IMG/VR virus record: IMGVR_UViG_3300041402_000811
DNA: 64,000 nt
Reading direction: 5' to 3' (one strand)
Source: an uncultured virus (IMG/VR IMGVR_UViG_3300041402_000811)
Lineage: Duplodnaviria; Heunggongvirae; Uroviricota; Caudoviricetes
Part shown: positions 29,130-39,392 of the stretch, piece by piece
How the letters are laid out: every line of letters begins with the position of its first letter
How positions within the stretch are numbered: the stretch's first letter is position 1
Notes under the pieces: model-generated
Told to the model about the DNA's origin: nothing
Database searches by the model: none
The model's input: the letters and a program-made list of their open reading frames with translations, nothing else
Program-made: the position numbers and the translations under genes

Positions 29130-29951
29130 ATGATTTATAGTGTTATATCTAGACAAGGTGGAAAAAGTAGATTAGTAAGATATATTAGACATATCTTTCC
29201 TCGTCAACATAAATTTTATGGAGAAGTTTTTGGTGGTGCTGCTTGGATTCTATTAAATAAAGAACCATCTCTAATAGAAATATTCAATGATATTGATGGA
29301 AATGTTATAAATTTATTTAGAATCATTAGAGATTTTCCTGGAGAATTTGTAAATAGATTTAGATATGATATTATAGCAAGAGAAACATTTGATGAATATA
29401 AAGATATAGATTTACATCTTCTTGATCCATTTGATCGTGCAGTAAAATATTATTATGTTTATTGTAATTCGTTTGCCGCAGATATGAATACATTTATTAA
29501 GAGAGATAAGAGTACAAATCCAAATAGATTTCATGCAAGATTACCTGATATTGTTGAAAAATTTACAAACAGGATGCAGAATGTTGTTATAGAAAATTTG
29601 GATTTTAGAGAATTTTTTAATAAATACAATGGCAAGGAATGGTTATTTTATTTAGATCCACCCTATTATGGAGTTGAAGGATATGAAGAACCATTTAATG
29701 AACAAGAGCATAAAGATTTAGCATATATTCTCTCTAATAAATTTGAAGGAAAATTTATACTTTCTTATAATGATACTCCAGAAATTAGAAATTTGTACTC
29801 ACAATTTAAAATTAGAAATTTAGATATAATATATCAAGCAGCAAATCGACCTCAAGTTAATAAAGATTTATCTGGACAGAAATCAGAACTTATCATTGCT
29901 AATTTTAAAGCTAATTTTGAATTTATTCGCGAAAAACATTTAGATTTTTGA
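29130..29951 (+). CDS. DNA adenine methyltransferase (Dam/D12 class)
   Basis: GGKSRL, EVFGGAA, NDID, YLDPPY. Confidence 0.9.
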   Translation: MIYSVISRQGGKSRLVRYIRHIFPRQHKFYGEVFGGAAWILLNKEPSLIEIFNDIDGNVINLFRIIRDFPGEFVNRFRYDIIARETFDEYKDIDLHLLDPFDRAVKYYYVYCNSFAADMNTFIKRDKSTNPNRFHARLPDIVEKFTNRMQNVVIENLDFREFFNKYNGKEWLFYLDPPYYGVEGYEEPFNEQEHKDLAYILSNKFEGKFILSYNDTPEIRNLYSQFKIRNLDIIYQAANRPQVNKDLSGQKSELIIANFKANFEFIREKHLDF

Positions 29952-29963
29952 AAGGAAAAAATA

Positions 29964-30899
29964 ATGAAGGGAAAAGTAATTCAAATTATACGAACATTTC
30001 CACATGGTAATAAATTGTATAGACGTTCAGAAGGTCATCCAGAAGAAAAACCATTATTACAACAACTAAAATCAGCTTATATAATTTGGAAAAATAGTTG
30101 TCTCAAAGTTACTATCACTAATGAAAATGACTTAAAACAAATTATTCAATATACAAATAATTATATAGATTTCTGGCATCAAGAAATATTTGATAAGATA
30201 AGAAACAATGGACAAAGTCAATTATATCCTTCAGTTCTTGAGGAAACAATGTACTATCTTTTTAATACTATTGTTAAACCACCTTTAGTCTGTGGAACTC
30301 GTACAATTTGTATTAGTTCATATATAAAACCATATAATGAACTTAATTTTAATGCCTTTTATGAAGACAATTTGTGTTTTGAAACAATGGATGCAGATTT
30401 TGTTATTGGTATGTTAATAGATTCTATGATTACTAAAAAGAAAGAAATTATTCCATTTGTAATTATAGAAAATAAAAAATATGCTGATAAAACTATGCGA
30501 GGGAGAGGGGAAGATATAAAATTAAAACTAAAAAGATTTTCTACAGACTGTTTATATGCATTTGTAGTAGATATATTAAGAGGTGGTTCAATTTCAAAAG
30601 ACTTCAATCCAAACCTATGCACAATAGATCAAATTTATGGTGTAAGAGAATGGAACGATGATAGCAAAAATGAACTAAAAGAAAATGTAGTTTTTACATT
30701 ATTTTCAGATGTAGTATATCACTTACATAAAATTAAAAAAGAGAGTATATCTATGGAAGAAAGATTTAATAGGGGATTTATGATGGATCGATATACACCA
30801 CCCCTACCTGAAGTGTTTCAGATTGTAGAAGAGTTTCAAAAAATTAAACCTATCACCGAACAACCAATAATAATGTTTAATAAGGAAAATATCACATGA
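29964..30899 (+). CDS. putative type II restriction endonuclease (PD-(D/E)xK, Bpu10I-like)
   Basis: HGNKL N-terminus, DADFVIG...IENKKYADKTM; adjacent to the methylase. Confidence 0.5.
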   Translation: MKGKVIQIIRTFPHGNKLYRRSEGHPEEKPLLQQLKSAYIIWKNSCLKVTITNENDLKQIIQYTNNYIDFWHQEIFDKIRNNGQSQLYPSVLEETMYYLFNTIVKPPLVCGTRTICISSYIKPYNELNFNAFYEDNLCFETMDADFVIGMLIDSMITKKKEIIPFVIIENKKYADKTMRGRGEDIKLKLKRFSTDCLYAFVVDILRGGSISKDFNPNLCTIDQIYGVREWNDDSKNELKENVVFTLFSDVVYHLHKIKKESISMEERFNRGFMMDRYTPPLPEVFQIVEEFQKIKPITEQPIIMFNKENIT

Positions 30900-31060
30900 G
30901 GCAAAAAACCTTAACAAAACAGTGTGACAACTGTAGCTTCTGTATAATGAATGATAAAAACCAATTATGTTGTGGTTGGGGTAATAGTAAAAGTATTAAA
31001 ATATTGAATACTCCAAAAAGAAAAAAAGGTTATCCAGAATGTAATCTTATCAAGAGTTAA
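30896..31060 (+). CDS. small Cys-rich protein (54 aa)
   Basis: ATGA overlap with previous stop; MRQKTLTKQCDNCSFC...CCGW...EC; not in the ORF track. Confidence 0.45.
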   Translation: MRQKTLTKQCDNCSFCIMNDKNQLCCGWGNSKSIKILNTPKRKKGYPECNLIKS

Positions 31061-31081
31061 CATTTAAATAGGAGTTTAATA

Positions 31082-31531
31082 ATGGGAACAAGAGCAGATT
31101 TCTATATTGATAATAAGGGAGATATGACGTGGATGGGTAGTATATATAATGATGGTGAACCCTGGCATATGCCAATCACGTTGTTAGCACAAATTAACCC
31201 TGTAATGTTTGCAGAACAATTGAGTGAATTTCTTGAAAAGATTAGACATACAGATCAAATGTGGCCATGGACATGGGAAGATAGTCGTTCAACAGATTAC
31301 TCATATATTCTTGATTGTGAAAGGGGCAGAGTAGTTGGATTTTCTTCATCAGATAAAATGATCTTTGATCCATTGAGAGTAACAGTTGGAGAGGATTTAA
31401 ACTCATCAAAGATTGCAAATGCTATACCAAATTTTCCAAAACTAGGAGATGGAAATGGATCGAAATCTTCCAAACCTTTACAGAGAATACGGGACATATT
31501 CAAATTACAGAAATTTCCCTTTAGATCTTGA
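31082..31531 (+). CDS. hypothetical phage protein
   Basis: MGTRADFY...DGEP N-terminus; AGGAG RBS. Confidence 0.6.
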   Translation: MGTRADFYIDNKGDMTWMGSIYNDGEPWHMPITLLAQINPVMFAEQLSEFLEKIRHTDQMWPWTWEDSRSTDYSYILDCERGRVVGFSSSDKMIFDPLRVTVGEDLNSSKIANAIPNFPKLGDGNGSKSSKPLQRIRDIFKLQKFPFRS

Positions 31532-32771
31532 TGGATTAAAACCCGTTGAGAGAAGAGTTTTATTATCAGCATTTAAAATTGCAAGAACTAAATTTGCTAA
31601 ATGCAGACAAGTTGACACTTATACTTGTGGTCATTATCATCCACACGGAGAATGCTATGGAACAATAGTTCAATTAGTTAAACAAGGATTCTTAACAGGT
31701 CAAGGAAATTTTGGTACAAACGTTGGAATTGAAACTGTTGGACCAGCAGCTCCAAGATATACAGAATGTAAAATAAATGACTATACATTAAACCTGGCAT
31801 TTAAGCTGGTCAAATATGTTCCATGGATTCAAACGGAACTTGATGATAAAGAACCAGCTTATCTTCCAACAATGTTTCCAGTATGTTTGATGGGAAAAGA
31901 ATACACTCAAGGTATTGGATTTGGATATAAAACATTTATTCCTTGTTATGAAGTTAAAGATTTATATAAAAGATTATTATGGTTACTAAATAAACGAAAA
32001 ACAAAACCCACAATTAAACCAATTACCGACTGTGTAATATTATCAGGTAATGATACATTAGAACAATTGTTGACAACTGGAAAAGCAAAAATTGATGTGA
32101 GGGGAATAATTCAAGAAGAACCCACAAGAAATAAAGCTATATTAAAATCGTGGCCACCTGGAAAGAGATTTGAAACAATTTTAAATAGACTTTCAAAACA
32201 TTTTGAAAACGCTGATATTGGATTTACAGATTTATCAGTAACAGATACACAAATTGTATTTCAAGTTTTGAAAAATAGAAATAGAGATATAATGTATCGA
32301 AGATTTGTAAAAGATTTAAAAGAATCAGTTAATGGTTCAATTTCATTTGAAACTATAACAGTTAATACAAATGAAAATCAAAGAGTAGTACATAAATCAA
32401 TAGATCAATTATTATTAGATACATATTCTGCTTATTGTAAAACAACAGAAATAATGATCAGGCAAGAAATTGAAAGACATGCTCAACTTATTAAAGAATA
32501 TGAAGCATTGAGAAAAATTAGACCAGTTATCGCAAGTGGAGTTTCGAATAAATTATCACAAGAAAATATATTAGATGAAATTAAAAGATTAACAGATGTA
32601 TCTAAAAAAATTGCTAAAGAATTAATGAATAAATATAAAATAAGTAAGTTATTAACATTAGATATAGATACAAATGAAATAAACAATCAAATGAATCAAC
32701 TAAATCGACTAATCAAACAAATAGTTCCATACGTATTAAAGGGATATGATGATTTCCTTAAGTTAAAATAA
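31449..32771 (+). CDS. type IIA DNA topoisomerase, breakage-reunion subunit (GyrA/ParC-like, no CTD)
   Basis: DGLKPVERR, YHPHG, GQGNFG, catalytic AAPRYT; 440 aa. Confidence 0.9.
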   Translation: MEMDRNLPNLYREYGTYSNYRNFPLDLDGLKPVERRVLLSAFKIARTKFAKCRQVDTYTCGHYHPHGECYGTIVQLVKQGFLTGQGNFGTNVGIETVGPAAPRYTECKINDYTLNLAFKLVKYVPWIQTELDDKEPAYLPTMFPVCLMGKEYTQGIGFGYKTFIPCYEVKDLYKRLLWLLNKRKTKPTIKPITDCVILSGNDTLEQLLTTGKAKIDVRGIIQEEPTRNKAILKSWPPGKRFETILNRLSKHFENADIGFTDLSVTDTQIVFQVLKNRNRDIMYRRFVKDLKESVNGSISFETITVNTNENQRVVHKSIDQLLLDTYSAYCKTTEIMIRQEIERHAQLIKEYEALRKIRPVIASGVSNKLSQENILDEIKRLTDVSKKIAKELMNKYKISKLLTLDIDTNEINNQMNQLNRLIKQIVPYVLKGYDDFLKLK

Positions 32772-33220
32772 TGGAGGATATTAATATGTTTCGTATTGAA
32801 AAAAGATTTACAATACCCATTGGACATAGATTGAGCAAACATAAAGGAAGATGTTCATCAATTCATGGTCATAATTTTACAATCCTTGTTGGAATAGCAA
32901 ATTTTGAGTTAGATGAGAATGATATGCTCATTGATTTTTCAGAATTAAAATCATTGGTAAATAATATAATTGATTCCTATGATCATGCATTATTAGTCAA
33001 TAAAACTGATTTAGAATGGTTAGGACCATTAACAGAAAAATTAAATCTTCGAGCACATAAGTTTGATAATAAAAATTATGATCCAACAGCTGAAAGACTA
33101 TCAGAACAATTATTTTTAAAATTAAAAGCTATTTTTACACCATATAGTTTTAGACTTGATTATGTAACAGTTTATGAAAATGAAAATTCTAAAGCAACTT
33201 ACTCTGAGGAATGGTCATGA
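32771..33220 (+). CDS. queD: 6-carboxy-5,6,7,8-tetrahydropterin synthase
   Basis: GHRL..H.G.C..IHGHN, DFSELK, DHA, PTAE, VYE. Confidence 0.88.
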   Translation: MEDINMFRIEKRFTIPIGHRLSKHKGRCSSIHGHNFTILVGIANFELDENDMLIDFSELKSLVNNIIDSYDHALLVNKTDLEWLGPLTEKLNLRAHKFDNKNYDPTAERLSEQLFLKLKAIFTPYSFRLDYVTVYENENSKATYSEEWS

Positions 33221-33699
33221 ATACTTCTCAATATGGATTGTTTAGAATATTAAAAAAAATGGATGACATTAGAGAAAGAAAAAAAATTATTTCCTATGAT
33301 AAACTAGTAAAATTTTGTGAGCAGTATCTTCTAACTATAGAAAATTCAATTATATTTACTGGTATGTATGATGGTTGTTGGAATTTCAAAACTAATACTA
33401 GTTATAAAAATTATAGATATAATTTTTATTCATTATCAAGATACATTGATGATGAAATTATGAAAAAGAAAGATGTAGAATCAATATTTAATCTCTATGA
33501 TAAAAAAATGGAGTATATTTTAAATCTTACTATTATAGAAAATAAAATTTTATATGATAAATTTAATGAATTAAGAGAAAAATATCTTAAAGAAGATGAT
33601 ATTTTTAATTTCGATTCATTACAAAAACCAGATTCAGGAATAAAAGTAAAACAAATAGTTAAATATAAATTTGATCCAACAAATTTATTGACAGCATGA
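33211..33699 (+). CDS. hypothetical protein
   Basis: 162-aa ORF. Confidence 0.5.
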   Translation: MVMNTSQYGLFRILKKMDDIRERKKIISYDKLVKFCEQYLLTIENSIIFTGMYDGCWNFKTNTSYKNYRYNFYSLSRYIDDEIMKKKDVESIFNLYDKKMEYILNLTIIENKILYDKFNELREKYLKEDDIFNFDSLQKPDSGIKVKQIVKYKFDPTNLLTA

Positions 33700-33709
33700 G
33701 GAGAAAGGT

Positions 33710-35113
33710 ATGAATATTATTAAAAGATCTGGTTTACTCATTCCAAAAAAATATAAACAACATCAATTTTATCGAATGATTGTAAACCATCTTATAAGAA
33801 GAATAAAGAATTTTCAAAATTCTACCTATGATACAAATATTTTTTATTTAGAATCAGATGACTATTTAATGATACCAAGATGTTTTCCTATCAAAGATTA
33901 TATATCTAATATTCAAATAGAGGATATAAGACATGAGGGAGCAGATATTAAAATTGAACATAACATTGTTCCAAGAAGTGAAGCACAAAAAAGAGCAATG
34001 GCACAAATGCTAAATTCTGAAAATTGTATTCTTCAATTATCTCCTGGTGTTGGTAAAACTGTTGTTTCAATCCATACTATTGCAGTCAGAAAAAAGAAAA
34101 GTTTTATTTTAGTTCATAGAGATGCATTAGCAGAACAATGGCAAAAAAGAATAAAATCATTTACTAATCTTGAAGATGAAGAAGTTGCAAGACTAACATC
34201 AGCAACCTTTGAAAAAGATTTAGATAAATCAATAATTGTTGCTACAACACAAACATTTATATCTCTTTTAAAAAGAAATAGAACTAAATTTTTAACAGCA
34301 CTGAATGAAGCAAATATTGGAATCTTTATTGCTGATGAGGTTCATACATCAGTTGGAGCTCCAACATTTTCAGAATGTTCTATCCATATGCCATCAAAAT
34401 ATGCATATGGATTAAGTGCTACTCCATATAGATATGATGGTAATGGAGATATAATTGAATATCACTTGGGAGAAATCTTTTCTGATGATGATATAGAAGG
34501 GACTATGGGCGCAAAAGTAACTGCTATACTACTTGATTATCAAATTGATACTCCCAAAAGATATACTTATATTAGATGGGGTGGTGATTTTCAAAGAGCA
34601 AGATATTTTAATTTAATGAAAAAATCTGAAACATTTATGAGAGTTATAAAAGGATTATTAATAAAATTAAAAGAAAATAGAGATTTAATATGTATCTCGG
34701 AACGAATTAAATTGATTGAAGAACTTTATAACTGGTTACCATCAGAAAGTAAATCAAAATTTTGTGGATCAGCTAAATTAGATCAGTTAGAATATAAAAT
34801 GACATTTGCAACACCAGGTAAGTGTAGAGATGGCATTGATGTTCCACAAAAAGATTGTGTTATTATGACTTCACCAATTACAAATATTGAGCAATTGACT
34901 GGCAGAGTTACCAGAAATCATCCAAATAAAAAGACTCCAATAATAATTGATATGATAGATTATGGTTGTAGAGAAATGTCAAGGACAATGCACAATCGAA
35001 TTAAATTTTATGATAAAAAGGGGTGGCCAGTTCAATTTCTTCTAGCAACAAAGGATAAAATAATTCAACTAGATCAAGAACGTGCATATGAAATTATCAA
35101 TGGAAAAGTATAA
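33710..35113 (+). CDS. superfamily 2 DNA helicase (UvsW/XPB-like)
   Basis: PGVGKT, DEVH, GLSATP, GIDVP, QLTGRV.R. Confidence 0.88.
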   Translation: MNIIKRSGLLIPKKYKQHQFYRMIVNHLIRRIKNFQNSTYDTNIFYLESDDYLMIPRCFPIKDYISNIQIEDIRHEGADIKIEHNIVPRSEAQKRAMAQMLNSENCILQLSPGVGKTVVSIHTIAVRKKKSFILVHRDALAEQWQKRIKSFTNLEDEEVARLTSATFEKDLDKSIIVATTQTFISLLKRNRTKFLTALNEANIGIFIADEVHTSVGAPTFSECSIHMPSKYAYGLSATPYRYDGNGDIIEYHLGEIFSDDDIEGTMGAKVTAILLDYQIDTPKRYTYIRWGGDFQRARYFNLMKKSETFMRVIKGLLIKLKENRDLICISERIKLIEELYNWLPSESKSKFCGSAKLDQLEYKMTFATPGKCRDGIDVPQKDCVIMTSPITNIEQLTGRVTRNHPNKKTPIIIDMIDYGCREMSRTMHNRIKFYDKKGWPVQFLLATKDKIIQLDQERAYEIINGKV

Positions 35114-35412
35114 TGAGAATCAAAATAGATTTTACAACCAATAGTTCATCAGCTTCTTTTATGATACCAAAGTCATGTTTAACTGAACAACAGATGATGA
35201 TGATAAGAGATCATATTGAAACAGCTCTTTATCTGATGAAAAAGGATGACTCATATAAGTTTAGTTATGTTAATGAACGTACAGGATGGACAATATTTGA
35301 ATCAAAGCATTCAATTCAGGGTTCAACGTCAATGGATAATTTTGATATGTTTGAATTTTTAATTGCTATAGGAGTGGAGGGTCCAGAGATTCATTATGAA
35401 AAATGCGGTTGA
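35113..35412 (+). CDS. hypothetical protein with DF.TNSSS N-terminal motif
   Basis: MRIKIDFTTNSSSASF. Confidence 0.6.
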   Translation: MRIKIDFTTNSSSASFMIPKSCLTEQQMMMIRDHIETALYLMKKDDSYKFSYVNERTGWTIFESKHSIQGSTSMDNFDMFEFLIAIGVEGPEIHYEKCG

Positions 35413-35587
35413 TATAGAGAAAGGACCAATACAATACATTTATTATATGACTCAATTAGAAGATAGTCCTTGTCAAATATGTTTAGTTCAAGCATTATGT
35501 TCTAAATCATTTCTTGACAATAGCGCATGTGATTTATTTACTGAATTTATTGAAAAGAAAGAAAAAGACGTAATGGAGAAAGAATGA
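35396..35587 (+). CDS. small Cys-rich protein, paralog A
   Basis: SPCQICLVQALCSK...AC. Confidence 0.6.
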   Translation: MKNAVDIEKGPIQYIYYMTQLEDSPCQICLVQALCSKSFLDNSACDLFTEFIEKKEKDVMEKE

Positions 35588-35808
35588 AATTAACCGATGA
35601 AGGACCAATACAATTTATCCGTGAAAAACAATCAATGTATTTTTACTATTATATGACAAAGCTAACCGATAGTCCTTGTCAGATATGTATTGTTCAACTA
35701 ATGTGTTCTAAATCAGTTTTTAAAGATACCGCATGTAATTTATTTGTAGAATTTATCAACAAGAAAGAAAAGGAAGTAGAAAAAGAGGGTATATGGATTT
35801 ATACATGA
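35584..35808 (+). CDS. small Cys-rich protein, paralog B
   Basis: SPCQICIVQLMCSK...AC. Confidence 0.6.
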   Translation: MKLTDEGPIQFIREKQSMYFYYYMTKLTDSPCQICIVQLMCSKSVFKDTACNLFVEFINKKEKEVEKEGIWIYT

Positions 35809-35829
35809 GAAAGAAAAAATGGAGGAAAA

Positions 35830-36171
35830 ATGAGTAGTCATGCAATAACATATACAGTTTGTATTCCTCATAATTTTCATCCTAGTCGTGGAGAAGCAAT
35901 ACAAATAAATAATGATACATCGTTTCATGATATAGGAATTTCAAATAAAGAACTCTTTCCAAAGATGCTTGAATATATAAAAATTCTGAAGGAGGGAGGT
36001 CATATTTGGTATTATGGAGAACATGGTATCAATCCACAATTATTTCATATTATAGTTAAGATATGTTATCGCTATAAATATATTTTATCAGAGATAGACA
36101 ATGGAGGAACTGATATTATACAAGGAGTATTACCCAAAGTTTTAAAGAGAATATTAGAAGAGGAGATATAA
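35830..36171 (+). CDS. hypothetical protein
   Basis: 113-aa ORF with GGAGG RBS. Confidence 0.55.
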   Translation: MSSHAITYTVCIPHNFHPSRGEAIQINNDTSFHDIGISNKELFPKMLEYIKILKEGGHIWYYGEHGINPQLFHIIVKICYRYKYILSEIDNGGTDIIQGVLPKVLKRILEEEI

Positions 36172-37191
36172 ATGAAATTTGCAATTACAGCAGATATACA
36201 TCTATCAAGATATGGGCAAGATCCAATTAATCACGAATCAGGTCTACCAGAAAGACTACACGGAATAGTTCATGCTTTAGATTCAATGGTTACGCATTGT
36301 TTAGAAAATGATATTTCTACTTTAGTAATTGGTGGTGATATACTTCACGGTAAGTCAATCATTTATGCATTAGCTCAAAATATAATGCTTGAGTTTTTTA
36401 ATGAATATAAAAATATGAATTTTTGGGTTATTGATGGAAACCATGATTTATCTGGAAAGGGCGATGACGCTGTTTCTGCATTAAGATCATTGAAAAGTGT
36501 TCCAAATGTTGAATGGGTAACTAAAGAACCAAAGAGACAAGACAATATATTATTTATTCCTTATTCTACAAAGGTTGCTGATCAAGTTAAACATCGTTCA
36601 GCAGATATTTTAATATCTCATTTTGGACTTAGTGAAGGCATATTAAATTCAGGAATAAGTATTGTTTCAAAGATTAATATGACTGATTTAAGATCGAGAT
36701 ACAAACTTGCTCTATTGGGTCATTATCATAAACCACAAGAAATAATTGAAAAAGATGTTTCAATGTATTATGTAGGATCACCAACTCAATTAGATTGGGG
36801 AGAGAAAGGAGATAAAAAAAGATTTTTAATCGTTGATACAGATACATTAAAAGTAGAATCAGTTTTAACAAAAGGTTATAAAAAATTTATTGAAGTCGAA
36901 TTGACATCTAAAAATAAAGAAGAAGCTATGAAGATGGCAAAGGATGCATATGATAGAGGAGATTATATTAAAGTTTTACAAACAGAAAAGGTTGATATTT
37001 CAGGATTTGAAGATTATAATGTTATTGATAAAACTGAAACTGATGTGACTGATAGGGGCATTACAAGTACAATGTCTCAAAAAGAAAAATTAGAAAGATA
37101 TCTTGAAATAAAAGAAATTCCAGAAAATCAAATACAAGAATATTTAGAAATAGGACTTCAAATAATTGATGCTTGTGAGGTGAATCAATGA
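36172..37191 (+). CDS. sbcD: SbcD/Mre11-like metallophosphoesterase nuclease
   Basis: ADIH, GGD, GNHD, SHFG, GHYH, YVGSP. Confidence 0.88.
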   Translation: MKFAITADIHLSRYGQDPINHESGLPERLHGIVHALDSMVTHCLENDISTLVIGGDILHGKSIIYALAQNIMLEFFNEYKNMNFWVIDGNHDLSGKGDDAVSALRSLKSVPNVEWVTKEPKRQDNILFIPYSTKVADQVKHRSADILISHFGLSEGILNSGISIVSKINMTDLRSRYKLALLGHYHKPQEIIEKDVSMYYVGSPTQLDWGEKGDKKRFLIVDTDTLKVESVLTKGYKKFIEVELTSKNKEEAMKMAKDAYDRGDYIKVLQTEKVDISGFEDYNVIDKTETDVTDRGITSTMSQKEKLERYLEIKEIPENQIQEYLEIGLQIIDACEVNQ

Positions 37192-39383
37192 GAGAAATAG
37201 ACCTTTATGAAGTTGGAATGGAGAATTATGGACCATATATTGATCCAATGATTCTACCATTTAAAAATGATAACATTACATTATTAACAGGACCCAATGG
37301 TGTTGGTAAAACAATGGCACTAGATGCAATACCTTTTACATTATTTGGAATAACTAGCAAGGGATTAAAAGGAGATGACGTTATTAATAACGTTGTTGAA
37401 AAAAATTGTTATACTTGGGTTAAGTTTATTCTTAATAGTGATAAATACTTTGTTAAAAGATACCAAGGATATTCAAAATTTGGAGGTAATAATGTTGTAT
37501 TGAATAAAAATGGTATTGATATTAAATCAGGTTCTAAAGAAGTTATTCCAGAAATTGAAAGACTGTGGTGCTCTCAAAGAAGTTTTATGAATACTTTGAT
37601 GTTTGGACAGAAAGTAAAAGACTTCTTTACAGATTTAACTGACTCAAAACAAAAAGAGATATTTAGAAAGCTACTGGGTCTTGATAATTATGTTGACTAT
37701 TATAAACAAGCAGACTCTGTGATGAAGATAATATTTAAAGCTCTTCAAGACTGGATCCAAGAGATTGCAATTAATCAAGGATTAATTGGAGAAACAAATG
37801 ATAGAATAGAAGAATTGAAAAAAGTAAAAATTCAATATGAAGTTGATAAATTAAATAGAATGAAAGAGCTTGATAGATCGCTTGCACAGTGTAATCGTAT
37901 TATTAGAGTCTGGAAAGATAATATATCCAAACTAAAATTAAAGGAATTTGATTCATCTACAATTCAAATAAAAATAGCTAGTTTACAAAAATCTTTTGAT
38001 AACACTCAAAAAGAAAAAGAACGTGAAGAAGGTGAATTAAAAACTAAAAAAGAACTTAAAAAATATGAGTTATCGAGTCAAGCATCTAAAAAAAATAAAG
38101 AATTTATTGATGAATATAATAAATTGAAAGACGAAAAAGCAGTTAAGTGGAGAAAAGATGAAACAAAAATAGATAAATATATTAAATTATTAATAGAAGA
38201 TAAACATAGACTTCAATTAAATACCCAAGTAGTTGAAGGAAGTAAAAATCAAGTTTTAACATTTATTGATAAAATTAATAAAAGTGTATTTGAAGCAGAA
38301 ATATCATCTTGTCCAGTTTGTCTTCAAGAAATCACAGAGGATGTTAAAACGCATCTTGAAGGTGAAATTAAAAAATGTAAAACTGATATAGCAGACCGTA
38401 ATGAAAGTATAAAGATATTAAATAATGATGTTTTATTATTAGATTTAAAAATAACTGATGAACGAAAAAAGAAAAATACTATTAATATTACTTATGATGT
38501 TGAATTTAAAGCATTGAAGAAAACGTATGAAGAATACATTGAAAATATAAAGAACAGACTTGAAGATGTTCTTAAAAAAGTTGAAAATGCTGCAACTGAA
38601 CAATTAAAAATTCTTCAAACTAAAACAGCTGAACATATTGAACAGTTGACTAAAACTATAAAGGAATGTCAAGAGAAAAAATTAGAGATTGATGAAGTTA
38701 AAGAAGAAATTGATTCAGCTGAAGAATCATTAAAAGGAGCAGAAAATGGAGAGGTATTTGTTTTAAGAGAAATAAAACAATTAGAAGAGGATGAATATGA
38801 TGAAACGCAATTAAATGGTTATAAGGGTAGAGTAATTGAATTTCAAAAAGAAATTGATTCAATTATTAAGATATCTTCAGAAGCAAAAAGAAGATATGAT
38901 ATTAATGAATTTTGGAAAGCAGCTTATTCACCAACTGGTATTCCATCAACATTGATTGATGAAGCTATACCATTTATGAATAAAAGAGTGGGTGAGTATT
39001 TAGATCAAATGTCAAATGGTCGATACATTGTTTCATTTGATACACAGGATACAATTAAGTCAGGAGAAATGAGAGATAAAATTTCAGTCAGAGTTTTAGA
39101 TACTCACACAAGAGCAAATAAAAGAAAACAATTATCAGGTGGTCAAACAAGATTGGTTGATATTGCAACAGTATTAACTCTTGGTGATTTACAATCAAAG
39201 AATTTAGGAATGAAAGTAAATCTATTAATATTTGATGAAATCTTTGATAGTTTGGATATTCAGAATATTGATTATGTTTCTAAAGTATTGACAAGATTGA
39301 AAAAAGGAAAATCAATATATTTAATTTCTCATACCCATCAAGATCAATTAGAAGCAGATGAAGTGCTTGAGTTTAAAGCATAA
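37188..39383 (+). CDS. sbcC: SbcC/Rad50-like SMC ATPase
   Basis: GPNGVGKT, coiled coil with CPVC hook, LSGG, FDEIFD, ISH. Confidence 0.9.
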   Translation: MREIDLYEVGMENYGPYIDPMILPFKNDNITLLTGPNGVGKTMALDAIPFTLFGITSKGLKGDDVINNVVEKNCYTWVKFILNSDKYFVKRYQGYSKFGGNNVVLNKNGIDIKSGSKEVIPEIERLWCSQRSFMNTLMFGQKVKDFFTDLTDSKQKEIFRKLLGLDNYVDYYKQADSVMKIIFKALQDWIQEIAINQGLIGETNDRIEELKKVKIQYEVDKLNRMKELDRSLAQCNRIIRVWKDNISKLKLKEFDSSTIQIKIASLQKSFDNTQKEKEREEGELKTKKELKKYELSSQASKKNKEFIDEYNKLKDEKAVKWRKDETKIDKYIKLLIEDKHRLQLNTQVVEGSKNQVLTFIDKINKSVFEAEISSCPVCLQEITEDVKTHLEGEIKKCKTDIADRNESIKILNNDVLLLDLKITDERKKKNTINITYDVEFKALKKTYEEYIENIKNRLEDVLKKVENAATEQLKILQTKTAEHIEQLTKTIKECQEKKLEIDEVKEEIDSAEESLKGAENGEVFVLREIKQLEEDEYDETQLNGYKGRVIEFQKEIDSIIKISSEAKRRYDINEFWKAAYSPTGIPSTLIDEAIPFMNKRVGEYLDQMSNGRYIVSFDTQDTIKSGEMRDKISVRVLDTHTRANKRKQLSGGQTRLVDIATVLTLGDLQSKNLGMKVNLLIFDEIFDSLDIQNIDYVSKVLTRLKKGKSIYLISHTHQDQLEADEVLEFKA

Positions 39384-39392
39384 GGAGGTTAA

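Noticed and set aside
26918..32771. Naming the topoisomerase genes gyrB/gyrA
   Set aside because: The A subunit lacks the C-terminal pinwheel/GyrA-box, so supercoiling gyrase activity is not supported
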